Source: an uncultured Dehalococcoidia bacterium
Lineage (GTDB): Bacteria > Chloroflexota > Dehalococcoidia > UBA2247 > RBG-13-53-26
DNA length: 40,359 nt
Direction of reading: 5' to 3'
Assembly (NCBI GenBank): GCA_964409515.1
Contig: CAYPDY010000004.1
Coordinates: forward strand, 1-40,359
The position numbers and the translations under genes are program-made. This document shows positions 1-8,741 of this stretch, piece after piece (the stretch's first letter is position 1; every line of letters starts with the position of its first letter). Below the pieces are notes generated by a model. That model was given only the letters and a program-made list of their open reading frames with translations. It had not been told where the DNA came from and searched no databases.

Positions 1-60
1 GGTGACATTTTCACTGAACCATTGAGGGGTGTCACTATCTCAGAACTACCACAAGCATCA

Positions 61-90
61 TTGACAGAACCCTGGCAAACGACCTAGAAT
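61..90 (+). promoter_or_regulatory. sigma70-like promoter upstream of the CoA-transferase operon
   Basis: TTGACA (61-66), an 18-nt spacer and TAGAAT (85-90) lie in the only AT-rich stretch before the first gene. The palindrome ATTAG-TAAG-CTAAT at 104-117 sits just downstream. Confidence 0.45.
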
Positions 91-252
91 GTCCTCAATT
101 ATCATTAGTAAGCTAATAATAGCTCAAAATGAGGCTTTTGCAAGTCGTATTCCACGCCCTGGAAACCATGGTAGCCGCCAGGAGCACAGCTCAAGCGCCG
201 GTTCCCTCCCCCGGGTTGGCCGGGATATGAGTAGCATGCGGGAGGTGCCTTC

Positions 253-1527
253 TTGAATGATCAAGCGCGTTTGCTGAGCGGTTTCAGAATCCTCGACCTG
301 ACCGACGAGAAGGGGGACATGTGTGGAAAGATCCTGGGTGACTTCGGCGCCGAAGTGATCAAGGTTGAGCCGCCCGGAGGCAGCTCCGCCCGCCATACCG
401 GCCCCTTCTACCAGAACGATCCGGATCCTCAGAAAAGCCTGTCCTGGTTTGCCTTCAATACCAGCAAGCGGGGCATCACCCTGAACCTGGAAACGGCGGA
501 CGGCCGGGAGATACTCCGGAGGTTGATCAAGACAGCGGATTTCGTGGTGGAGTCCTGCGACCCGGGGTACCTGGACAGCCTGGGGCTGGGATATGCGGAG
601 ATGGAGAAGATCAAGCCGGACCTCATTCTCACCTCCATCACCCCCTTCGGCCAGACCGGCCCGTACAGTCACTACAAAGCCACCGACCTGGTGGCCATGG
701 CGATGGGGGGACCGGTGAGCGTAATGGGTGAGTTCAACCGACCGCCGGTGCGCATGAGTTGCGCCCCCCAGGCCTATGTCCAGGCAGGCATGCACGCCGC
801 CGTGGGGTCGATGGTGGCCCACTATCACCGCGTTCTCACCGGCGAGGGGCAACACGTCGACGTTTCAGTCCAGGAGGCGGTCCTGCTCAGCATGGGCATT
901 GCCGTCGAAGTATACGAGCTCATGAAGATGAACATGATGGGTACCGGGAACCTGTTCATCGTTCCGAGACCTGAGCCCGCCGGCATAGTCTTCCTGCGCT
1001 TCCTCCTGCCCTGCACAGACGGCCATGTCGTGGTGGCATGGGCCGGGGGAAACGCGGGGTTCACCTCATCAACAAGGGCGCTGGTGGAGTGGGCCAACGA
1101 AGAGGGAATGGCGCAGGAGCTGGAGGGCTTCGACTTCTCTTCCGCGGTTTGGGACATGACGAAGATCAGTCAGGAGACGGTGGACAGGGTGCTGAACGCG
1201 ATACTGCCTTTCCTGATGACCAAGACCAAGGCCGAGCTCTTCGAAGGGGCCCTGAGAAGGGGGGTCATGCTGGCACCCTGCAACACGACCGCTGACATAA
1301 GCCGAGACCCGCACCTGGAAGCCAAGGGGTTCTGGCAGAGAGTGGCCCACCCTGAACTAGGCGAGGAGCTGCTCTATCCTGGCGCGCCGCTCACCATGAC
1401 TGGAGTGGACTGGCGAATCCAGTCCCGGGCGCCGCTGGTGGGAGAGCACAACCGGGACATCTACGAGAAGGAGCTGGGCTTCTCCCCAGAGCAGCTCGCC
1501 ATCTTCAAGGCACGGGGTGTCATCTGA
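253..1527 (+). CDS. family III CoA-transferase (CaiB/BaiF/Frc type)
   Basis: A TTG start lies 6 nt after GGAGGT. The N-terminus GFRILDLTDEKGDMCGKILGDFGAEVIKVEPPGG is the hallmark of type III CoA-transferases. The central ATDLVAMAMGG matches the catalytic Asp region. The 424-aa length is typical. Confidence 0.85.
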   Translation: MNDQARLLSGFRILDLTDEKGDMCGKILGDFGAEVIKVEPPGGSSARHTGPFYQNDPDPQKSLSWFAFNTSKRGITLNLETADGREILRRLIKTADFVVESCDPGYLDSLGLGYAEMEKIKPDLILTSITPFGQTGPYSHYKATDLVAMAMGGPVSVMGEFNRPPVRMSCAPQAYVQAGMHAAVGSMVAHYHRVLTGEGQHVDVSVQEAVLLSMGIAVEVYELMKMNMMGTGNLFIVPRPEPAGIVFLRFLLPCTDGHVVVAWAGGNAGFTSSTRALVEWANEEGMAQELEGFDFSSAVWDMTKISQETVDRVLNAILPFLMTKTKAELFEGALRRGVMLAPCNTTADISRDPHLEAKGFWQRVAHPELGEELLYPGAPLTMTGVDWRIQSRAPLVGEHNRDIYEKELGFSPEQLAIFKARGVI

Positions 1528-1563
1528 CGCCGTGGTGAACCGATTCCCGCTGAAAGGAGAGAT

Positions 1564-2817
1564 ATGGTCAAGCAAGTGTTCGAAGGTGTGAAAGTCGCCG
1601 ATTTCAGTTGGGTAGCCGCCGGGCCGCAGATCGGCCGCGAGCTGGCCGACCACGGGGCTACTGTGGTCCGCGTGGAAAGCCACCGGCGTCCGGACATAAC
1701 CAGGCAGGCCTTCCCTTTCAAAGACGGAATAAGCGGATGGAACCGCAGCGCCTATTTCGCCTCCTTCAATGCCGGCAAGTATGGCGTTAGCCTGAACATA
1801 AGGACTGAGAGGGGGAAGCAGGTAGCCATGAGACTGGTCGCCTGGGCTGACGTGCTGACCGAGAGCATGATGCCAGGGGCGATGGCGGGTTTGGGCCTGG
1901 ACTACGAGAGCTGCCGCAAGGTGAATCCGGCGCTCATATACTGCAGCACCACGCAGATGGGTCAGACAGGGCCGCATAACGGCTACGTGGGCGTTGGCTT
2001 CCAGACCAATGGCCTGCTCGGCATTTGCCACACCACCGGCTGGCCTGACAGCGATCCAACCCTTCCGCTCACGCCGTACAGCGACTACATAGCCCCCTGG
2101 TACGCACTGGTGGCCATCATAGGCGCTCTGGCGCGGAGACGCCGGACGGGCGAAGGGATGTACATAGACCAGTCACAGTACGAGGCTGGCTTGCACGCCA
2201 TGGCTCCTCACCTCATGGACTGCATGGTCAACGGTAACGTGATCAGCCGCATGGGGAACCGCGACCGCTACATGTGCCCGCACGGTGTCTACCCCTGTTC
2301 TGAAGGCCGGCACGTGGCCATCGCCACGACCACCGAAGAGGAATGGACGCAGCTCTGCAGGGTCACAGGCCATCCGGAATGGGATCAGGACCCGCGGTTC
2401 GTCACGATCGCCAACCGGAAGGACAACGAGGGCGAGTTGGACGGGCTGATCGCCGATTGGACGAAGGACCTTGCGGCGGAGGAGGTCATGGAGAGACTGC
2501 AGGGCGCTGGGGTGCCGGCGGGGGCGGTGCAGAGAGGCCAGGAGGTATTGGACGACCCACAGCTCAAGCACCGGGGGCACTACCAGGTGCTCCATCATCC
2601 CGAGATCGGCCCCCATTCATACCATGCTCCCGCCTACCGGCTGTCGAAGACCCCGTTTGAGATGAAGAGGCCGGCACCCTGTCTGGGCGAGCACAACCTG
2701 TATGTCTACAAGGAGCTGCTGGGCATGTCGGACGACGAAATCGCCGAGATGGTGATAGACAGGACTATCACCACGGAAGTGGACGGAGACGAAGCCTTCT
2801 CCGGCGGCAAAGGGTGA
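1564..2817 (+). CDS. family III CoA-transferase (second paralog)
   Basis: An ATG follows GAAAGGAGAG. The N-terminus VKVADFSWVAAGPQIGRELADHGATVVRVES and the YSDYIAP Asp region fit the family. The protein is 417 aa. Confidence 0.85.
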   Translation: MVKQVFEGVKVADFSWVAAGPQIGRELADHGATVVRVESHRRPDITRQAFPFKDGISGWNRSAYFASFNAGKYGVSLNIRTERGKQVAMRLVAWADVLTESMMPGAMAGLGLDYESCRKVNPALIYCSTTQMGQTGPHNGYVGVGFQTNGLLGICHTTGWPDSDPTLPLTPYSDYIAPWYALVAIIGALARRRRTGEGMYIDQSQYEAGLHAMAPHLMDCMVNGNVISRMGNRDRYMCPHGVYPCSEGRHVAIATTTEEEWTQLCRVTGHPEWDQDPRFVTIANRKDNEGELDGLIADWTKDLAAEEVMERLQGAGVPAGAVQRGQEVLDDPQLKHRGHYQVLHHPEIGPHSYHAPAYRLSKTPFEMKRPAPCLGEHNLYVYKELLGMSDDEIAEMVIDRTITTEVDGDEAFSGGKG

Positions 2818-2956
2818 AGACAGGCGACCACGCATGATGGCCAGAGCGACCCTGCTGAGAAGAGCGGTGGTGGCACCAACAACGCTTCGGTGGCTGTGAA
2901 CACCACACCCCTCCGAAGCCGGGCAGGAAGATAGAGAAACGGAATGGAGGCGGCTG

Positions 2957-4351
2957 ATGGCAGTCAAGAGACTTGAGGGATTCGATGTGATCATAGCCGG
3001 AGCCGGCCCGTGCGGCTGCGTTCTGGCCAAGGACCTGGCAAAGGCAGGCAAGAAGGTGATCCTCATCGAGAAGGGTGGCAACAGCCTCAAAGGCATCGGC
3101 ACCATGATGGGGATGCTCAACGGGGAGCACATGATAAGGGCCAAGTTCCCCAACATATGGCAGCAAACGCTGGAGGGCCACGGCGTGGTGCTGGGCACAG
3201 GCGTTGGCGGAGGGTCATACCTCTACGCCGGCATCACGGGCATGCCTCAGCTCGAGCCCTTCGATGAGGTCGGGATAGACCTCAGGCCATACCTGGAGGA
3301 GGCGAAGAAGGAGACCTGGGTCTCCAGGACACCTGACGAGTTCCTCGGCCCCACCACCAGGCGCATGCTGGAGGTGGCCAACTCCATCGGCCTCCCCTTC
3401 CAGGTCGCCTACAGGCACATCAACTTCGACAAGTGCGAGTATGGCTGCAAGACGGCCTCGTTCGGTTGCAGGAGGGGCGCCAAGTGGATGGGGTACTACG
3501 CCGCCCAGGAGGCCGTGGAGCACGGGGCCAGGCTGCAGACCTACACCGACGTCAGGAGCGTCATCATCGAGAATGGGGCAGCAGCCGGGGTCATCGCCCG
3601 GGACGTCAGGGATGGCCACTACTACGAGATTCGCGGTCAGGCGGTGGCCAGCACCGCGGGGGGCATAGGATCAGCCGGCATCCTGACCAGGTCAGGGATC
3701 AGGGGCGCCGGGCTGAGGCTGTTCGGCGACCCCAGCTTCGGGTCCACCGGCCTCCTGCCCGCGGGTGACCTGAAGAGCCATTTCTATGAGCATGGGACTT
3801 CCATAGCCTTCATGGATGACAAGAACGGATGCATGTACTCCACCAATATCACCTGGTCGCGCTTCTTCTGGTCCGCGTACCAGGTGATGGGGTCCGGGCT
3901 GGGCGGGTTCTGGAAGGTCTACAAGGCTTATCCCCGCATGGTGAGCATCATGAACAAGATCCACGACGAAGGGGTGGGGCGAGTCACCTACACCGGCCGC
4001 GTCTCCAAGACCCTGACCCTGGCGGATGAAGACAAGATGAACCACTGCCGCTTCGTCAACGAGAAGATACTGCTGGCCATGGGCTGCGACCGCCGGACCA
4101 TCAAGCATGCCGGGTTCAGCCACGTCAAGGGCGGTATGAGCTTCGGCCATCCCGGCGGGACGTGCCCCATGGGGGTGGTGGTCGACAGGAACCTGGAGAC
4201 ACCTATCAAGAACTGCTTCGTCTGCGATATCAGCTCACTCCCGGGGGCGCCTTCCAGGCCGCCGGTCCTGACGCTGGTGACCCTGACCAAATGGTTCGTA
4301 CCGCGGCTCCTCGAGAGACTGGGCGGGAAAAGCAGCCAGGCACAGAGCTGA
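2957..4351 (+). CDS. GMC-family FAD-dependent oxidoreductase
   Basis: The N-terminal Rossmann motif is FDVIIAGAGPCGCVLAKDLAKAGKKVILIEKG. The C-terminal HPGGTCPMGVVVD...CFVCDISSLPGA resembles the GMC C-terminal signature. Confidence 0.75.
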   Translation: MAVKRLEGFDVIIAGAGPCGCVLAKDLAKAGKKVILIEKGGNSLKGIGTMMGMLNGEHMIRAKFPNIWQQTLEGHGVVLGTGVGGGSYLYAGITGMPQLEPFDEVGIDLRPYLEEAKKETWVSRTPDEFLGPTTRRMLEVANSIGLPFQVAYRHINFDKCEYGCKTASFGCRRGAKWMGYYAAQEAVEHGARLQTYTDVRSVIIENGAAAGVIARDVRDGHYYEIRGQAVASTAGGIGSAGILTRSGIRGAGLRLFGDPSFGSTGLLPAGDLKSHFYEHGTSIAFMDDKNGCMYSTNITWSRFFWSAYQVMGSGLGGFWKVYKAYPRMVSIMNKIHDEGVGRVTYTGRVSKTLTLADEDKMNHCRFVNEKILLAMGCDRRTIKHAGFSHVKGGMSFGHPGGTCPMGVVVDRNLETPIKNCFVCDISSLPGAPSRPPVLTLVTLTKWFVPRLLERLGGKSSQAQS

Positions 4352-4467
4352 CCCTGCAGTGCGCCAGCTGACTGACAGGGGGATTCGTCAGCCCCCGTGC
4401 CCGACGGGAGTCCACTGGCGGATTCTCCACCGGTCCGTGTAACATTGACATTCGGGGGTGACCAGCG

Positions 4468-5862
4468 ATGAGTGACGAACTGATACGCCGCGACCTGGCC
4501 GCCGTGGTGGGGGAAGATTACGTGTCGGACCGGACGGAAGAGCTCTATCTCTACTCGGTCGATTCGGGGACAGAGGGCCCGCGCCAGGTAGATTATGTCG
4601 TCATGCCCCGTACCGTCGAACAGGTCCAGCAGGTAGTGGTGCTGGCCAACCGCCACAGGTTGCCCATCACGCCCATGGGCGCCAACCTCACCCTGAACGG
4701 CCTGGGCCTCCCGGTGAACGGCGGAATGGTCATGGACATGAAGAGGATGGACCGGGTCCTGGAGCTGAACCGGCAGAGAAGATACGTAGTGATCGAGGCG
4801 GGGGTCACCCAGGGCCACCTGGGGTCATACCTGGAAAAGAACTGCCCCGACCTGGAGCATTCCCGGCCCGAGGCCCCTCCCATGGCCACCATCGCCGGGA
4901 ACATGGTGATACGCGGACACGGCTACCTGTCCCTCCGCTACGGCAACAACTCCCATCACATCAACGGCCTGGAGGTCGTACTGCCCACCGGCGAGGTCTG
5001 CCGTATCGGGGCGGGCTCGGTGTCACCGTGGCCTTTCTGCAAGGGCCCGCTTCCGGACCTGGCCGGCCTGTTCTGCGGGTGGAACGGGACCACCGGCATC
5101 ATCACCAGGCTGTCGCTGAAGCTTTTCCCGAAGAGGCGGATGCTGGATGTGGTCGGCTACACGGTCAAGGACCTCGAGCTGCTGCCGGACCTGCTGAACC
5201 AGGTCACCCACACGGACATGGTGGACAACCTCTTCGTTGTGGGCTTCGCGTCGGCTGACGGCCAGCGTTCCCGCCATTACGTGAATGCAGCCATCACCGG
5301 TGACCTGGACGAGGAGCTGGCCTACAAGATGGCGGTGCTCAAGAGGATCGCCGCGGGAGGAGCCGGAGGTGACGTGGGCAGGGTCAGATTCCTGTATCCC
5401 GTGCCGGACATGATCAAGAGCCGCTTCGTTGAGAAGCCACCTTATGTCAGCCCGGCGCTGGCAGCCGACTTCGAGAGAGGCGGAGGCTACAGGTACTGTG
5501 GCGCCATCCTGCCCGTGGACAAGATCCCGGAGGCGTGGCAGAAGGGGGTGGAAATCGCCTCCCGGTTCGGTATGAACTTCCTTCCCGGCATCCAGATCCT
5601 GGGCTACTGCCACAGCGCCATGTTCGGCTTCGTCTATCCCTTCAACCGGGCTGAAGAGGAGAAGGTGGAACGGGTGAGGAAAGCCATGAAGGAAACCAGC
5701 GAAGCGGTCCTCGAAATGGGAGGCATCCCCTGGAAGGCGGAAGTGGACGCGCAAAGAAAGATCGTGGAGAGGATGGACCCGAACACGTACGAGCTAATCA
5801 GCCGCATCAGGAAAGCCCTCGACCCCAACGGGATCATGAACCCGGGGAACTGGAGCCGGTGA
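4468..5862 (+). CDS. FAD-linked oxidase (GlcD / D-2-hydroxyacid dehydrogenase-like)
   Basis: The FAD_binding_4-type N-terminal half reads VVMPRTVEQVQQVVVLANRHRLPITPMGANLTLNG...MDMKRMDRVLELN. The 464-aa length is typical. Its stop is 1 nt before the next start. Confidence 0.8.
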   Translation: MSDELIRRDLAAVVGEDYVSDRTEELYLYSVDSGTEGPRQVDYVVMPRTVEQVQQVVVLANRHRLPITPMGANLTLNGLGLPVNGGMVMDMKRMDRVLELNRQRRYVVIEAGVTQGHLGSYLEKNCPDLEHSRPEAPPMATIAGNMVIRGHGYLSLRYGNNSHHINGLEVVLPTGEVCRIGAGSVSPWPFCKGPLPDLAGLFCGWNGTTGIITRLSLKLFPKRRMLDVVGYTVKDLELLPDLLNQVTHTDMVDNLFVVGFASADGQRSRHYVNAAITGDLDEELAYKMAVLKRIAAGGAGGDVGRVRFLYPVPDMIKSRFVEKPPYVSPALAADFERGGGYRYCGAILPVDKIPEAWQKGVEIASRFGMNFLPGIQILGYCHSAMFGFVYPFNRAEEEKVERVRKAMKETSEAVLEMGGIPWKAEVDAQRKIVERMDPNTYELISRIRKALDPNGIMNPGNWSR

Positions 5863-5863
5863 T

Positions 5864-7051
5864 ATGAGCCAGATGACGCAGATGGCCGAAGCAGACTACA
5901 GGAGCCTGGTCCACAGGTGTTTCCGGTGCGGGTTCTGCAAGCTCACCTACGACTACTCGACGGAGGGCTTCAACTGCCCCATGTACCACCGCTTTCGCCT
6001 GGAGACCTACTCGCCTGGCGGGCTGAACTGGCTCATCAGGGCCGCCCTGGTCACGGAGACCATCGGCTGGACGGACCACCTCTCCGAGATCCTGTACGCC
6101 TGCACCATGTGCGGGAACTGCGTTGAGGCGTGCCGCTTCGATTTCCGGAAAGACCTGCTGAACATCTTCAGGCAGGCCAGGGAAGAGGCTATGGACAGGC
6201 AGCTGGGCCTGCCCAAAATGGTCAGCCAGTTCCTGGAGAACGTCTATCTCTACGGCAACGAGTTCCGGGAGGCCAGGGAGACGAGGGGCGACTGGGCCGA
6301 AGGGCTGCCCGTAAGGCACTTCGAGAAGGGGGATGAGTACCTCTACTATGTCGGCTGCGTGGGCTCCTATGACAGCCGCAGCCGGAAGGCAGCCAGGGCC
6401 CTGGGGAGCCTGCTGCTCAAGGCCAGGGTGTCATTCGGCATCCTGGGACAGGAAGAGGAGTGCGACGGAAACGAGGTGCGCCTCCTGGGCGAGCAGGGGC
6501 TGTTCCAGAGGCAGCGGGATCGCAACGTCGAGAGGTTCAGCCAGCTGGGGGTGAAAAAGATCGTGACCCTCTCGCCCCACTCCTACAACGCCATGAAGAA
6601 CCACTACCCCGGCGGCTTCGAGGTGCTGCACTACACGCAGCTCCTGCGCGAGCTCATCCGGGCCGGGGCCCTGCCCCTTCCCGGGTGCTCGACCGGGAAG
6701 GTCACCTACCATGACCCCTGCTTCCTGGGCCGGCACAACGGCGAGTACGATGCTCCCAGGGAGGTCCTTCACTCCGTACCCGGGCTGGAGTTGGTGGAGA
6801 TGGAGAGGGCCCGCAATATGGCCTTCTGCTGCGGCGGAGGCGGGGCCAATTTCTACACTGGCATATCGGCCAAAGGGAAGGACCAGGCCAGCAACGCCAG
6901 GGTGCGGGAGGCGGTCAACTCCGGCGCCAGCGTACTCGCCGTGGCCTGCCCGGTGTGCCTGATGATGCTGGAGGACGCCGCCAAGAGCGAGGGGCTCGAG
7001 GACAGGATAGCGATCAGGGACATAGCCGAAATACTGAACGGCCAGGCATGA
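5864..7051 (+). CDS. Fe-S oxidoreductase with two CCG domains (GlcF/HdrD/LutA-like)
   Basis: Two ferredoxin-type motifs are present (CFRCGFCKLTY..CP and CTMCGNCVEAC). The Cys-rich CCG-type motifs are YYVGCVGSYD, YHDPCFLGRHNG, AFCCGGGG and ACPVCLMM. The gene is adjacent to the GlcD-like gene. Confidence 0.8.
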   Translation: MSQMTQMAEADYRSLVHRCFRCGFCKLTYDYSTEGFNCPMYHRFRLETYSPGGLNWLIRAALVTETIGWTDHLSEILYACTMCGNCVEACRFDFRKDLLNIFRQAREEAMDRQLGLPKMVSQFLENVYLYGNEFREARETRGDWAEGLPVRHFEKGDEYLYYVGCVGSYDSRSRKAARALGSLLLKARVSFGILGQEEECDGNEVRLLGEQGLFQRQRDRNVERFSQLGVKKIVTLSPHSYNAMKNHYPGGFEVLHYTQLLRELIRAGALPLPGCSTGKVTYHDPCFLGRHNGEYDAPREVLHSVPGLELVEMERARNMAFCCGGGGANFYTGISAKGKDQASNARVREAVNSGASVLAVACPVCLMMLEDAAKSEGLEDRIAIRDIAEILNGQA

Positions 7052-7101
7052 CACGCTAGCCGGTCATCGCCTGGACTGCGGAGACTGAGTGGGAGGGAGA
7101 C

Positions 7102-7626
7102 ATGACTGAGCTGGAAGAGCTGAAACAGAGGGTGAGGGTCCTTGAGGACATCGAGGCCATCAGGAGGCTGAGAAACAAGTACTTCCGCTGCCTGGACGGC
7201 CGGCTGTGGGAGGAGATGGCGGAGTGCTTCGCCGAGGATGTCTCGGCGCAGTACTTCAACGGGGAGTTCAAGTTCGAGGGCAAGGAGGCGCTGCTGGGGT
7301 TCTTCAGGGCGGGAATGACCGATGCCCTCATCGGCATGCATCACGGTCACCATCCCGAGATAGAGATAACCGGCGAGACCACAGCCAGGGGCACCTGGGG
7401 GCTGTACAACTACCTCATCGACCGGAAGCACAATCGCGGCCAGCGCATCGCCGGCATATACCAGGACGAATACGTCAAGCAGGATGGTCAGTGGAAGATC
7501 AAGTCCATTGCCTGCAACCAGATCTTCCAGGAGAACTGGGACCGCAACGACACGCCGAGCCTGAAGGTCACGCTGCGGGGCACTCCGCAGTATGCGGCCA
7601 CGCCGGCCTGGAGGACCAGGGGATAG
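7102..7626 (+). CDS. SnoaL-like / NTF2-fold protein
   Basis: The N-terminus EDIEAIRRLRNKYFRCLDGRLWEEMAECFAEDV is typical of SnoaL_4/NTF2-like proteins (BaiE-like fold). The SD is GGGAGGGAG. Confidence 0.65.
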   Translation: MTELEELKQRVRVLEDIEAIRRLRNKYFRCLDGRLWEEMAECFAEDVSAQYFNGEFKFEGKEALLGFFRAGMTDALIGMHHGHHPEIEITGETTARGTWGLYNYLIDRKHNRGQRIAGIYQDEYVKQDGQWKIKSIACNQIFQENWDRNDTPSLKVTLRGTPQYAATPAWRTRG

Positions 7627-7646
7627 GATCTGCGGGGAAGACACTG

Positions 7647-7676
7647 TTGACAGCGGGAGAAGGCGGATGGTATCGT
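7647..7676 (+). promoter_or_regulatory. candidate promoter of the peroxiredoxin gene
   Basis: TTGACA (7647-7652), an 18-nt spacer and TATCGT (7671-7676). Confidence 0.4.
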
Positions 7677-7790
7677 CGGAATTGACCAGCCGATCCGCCG
7701 CCCCGGTCCCCACATGAACGAAGCGATACTCATAGTCGAGCCAATCCATCTGTCATCAATTCAGTCACCGGATCACAGGAAGGAGGTGCC

Positions 7791-8495
7791 ATGCCAGAGA
7801 TGAAGGAAGGCTGCGTCAAGCCTGCCCGCGGGCCGATTATGCCAGCGTCCGCATCGGCAGCCCCGGCAACCGGGACAACGACATCAGTGGAGGTGAAAAC
7901 AGTGCAGGCACGAGTCGGGAAGGAAGCCATCGATTTCGAGGCCAATGCTTTTGTTGAGGGTTTCGGTTTCAAGCCGGTGAAGCTGTCGGACCATAAGGGG
8001 AAGTGGATTGTCATCTGCTTCTATCCGGGTGACTTCACCTTCGTCTGACCCACCGAGCTGGCGGCGGTCGCCGCCAAGTACGCCGAGTTCAAGGCGCTGG
8101 GGGTGGAGTTCCTGGCCATGAGCACCGACAGCCGTTTCGTCCACAAGATCTGGCAGGAGCAGGAGCTGACCAAGATGGTGAAAGGCGGAGTGCCCTTCCC
8201 CATGCTGTCCGATGCGGGGGGACAGATCGGCCGGATATACGGCGTTTATGACGAAGCCGCCGGCGTAGACATACGCGGCCGCTTCATAATCGACCCCGAT
8301 TTCGTCATCCGGGCCATGGAGTCGCTGACCCCCGAGGTGGGCCGCAATCCCGATGAGCTGGTCCGCCAGATCAAGGCCTTCCAGCACGTGCGGGCCACGG
8401 GCGAGGTGACCCCCTCGGGCTGGCAGCCGGGACAGGTCACCCTCAAGCCGGGGCCCGACCTGGTCGGCAAGGTCTGGGAGGTGTGGAAGCCCTAG
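7791..8495 (+). CDS. selenocysteine-containing peroxiredoxin (TGA 8046-8048 read as Sec)
   Basis: ORFs 7791..8048 and 8103..8495 share a frame. Read-through gives [17 protein letters not shown]..., so the TGA replaces the peroxidatic Cys of the FTFVCPTE motif. The rest is a typical AhpC/Prx1-type sequence. An alternative start at GTG 7902, 8 nt after GGAGG, would give a canonical Prx of about 197 aa. Confidence 0.8.
8059..8076 (+). promoter_or_regulatory. SECIS-like stem-loop downstream of the UGA
   Basis: A 7-bp stem (8059-8065 pairs with 8070-8076; core GGCGGC/GCCGCC) closes a GGUC loop (8066-8069). The loop lies 17 nt after the UGA. Confidence 0.55.
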
Positions 8496-8523
8496 GCCGC
8501 CGGCACGCCCCATCCGCTGTTCC

Positions 8524-8561
8524 GGGCAGCCCGGCTTCGCGCCGGGCTGCCCTGTTGTTGT
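8524..8561 (+). terminator. intrinsic terminator after the peroxiredoxin gene
   Basis: A perfect 12-bp stem, GGGCAGCCCGGC (8524-8535) with GCCGGGCTGCCC (8541-8552), has a 5-nt loop and is followed by TGTTGTTGT. Confidence 0.7.
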
Positions 8562-8634
8562 GCTGGTCTCGCCGCCCCCTGAAGCAGGCTGCGCGGCATC
8601 CGCCGTAGCGGCGGGGCGTGGGGGAGCGGCGACA

Positions 8635-8664
8635 GTCGTAGACTGGTATGTCGTAGACTGGTAT
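8635..8664 (+). repeat. perfect tandem direct repeat (2 x 15 bp, GTCGTAGACTGGTAT) abutting a -35 box
   Basis: Copies at 8635-8649 and 8650-8664 are identical. The last T is shared with TTGACA at 8664-8669. Confidence 0.9.
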
Positions 8665-8692
8665 TGACAAACTCAAGTCTGCTGGCTATGAT
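8664..8692 (+). promoter_or_regulatory. promoter of the DUF2089 operon
   Basis: TTGACA (8664-8669), a 17-nt spacer and TATGAT (8687-8692). The imperfect palindrome GTGAaTTAAcTCAC at 8712-8725 lies in the leader. Confidence 0.6.
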
Positions 8693-8741
8693 ATGTTAAG
8701 AAAATCAATTTGTGAATTAACTCACACGTAAGGCGGGCGGT

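Noticed and set aside
2-35. The inverted repeat GTGACA (2-7) with TGTCAC (30-35) at the window edge.
   Set aside because: It is only 6 bp with a 22-nt spacer, lies upstream of the -35 box, and is cut by the window boundary. That is too weak to call.
7683-7800. A 29-codon upstream ORF (ATG at about 7715) in the peroxiredoxin leader, overlapping the prx start.
   Set aside because: It has no SD and no recognisable peptide features, so it probably occurs by chance.
7791-8495. Interpreting the split peroxiredoxin, and the split thioredoxin-like gene at 31179-31736, as pseudogenes or sequencing errors.
   Set aside because: Both interruptions are single TGA codons that preserve the frame. Each falls exactly on the catalytic Cys of a redox motif, and at least one is followed by a well-placed SECIS-like hairpin. 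Random decay would not hit these two positions. Sec remains unproven without the sel genes.
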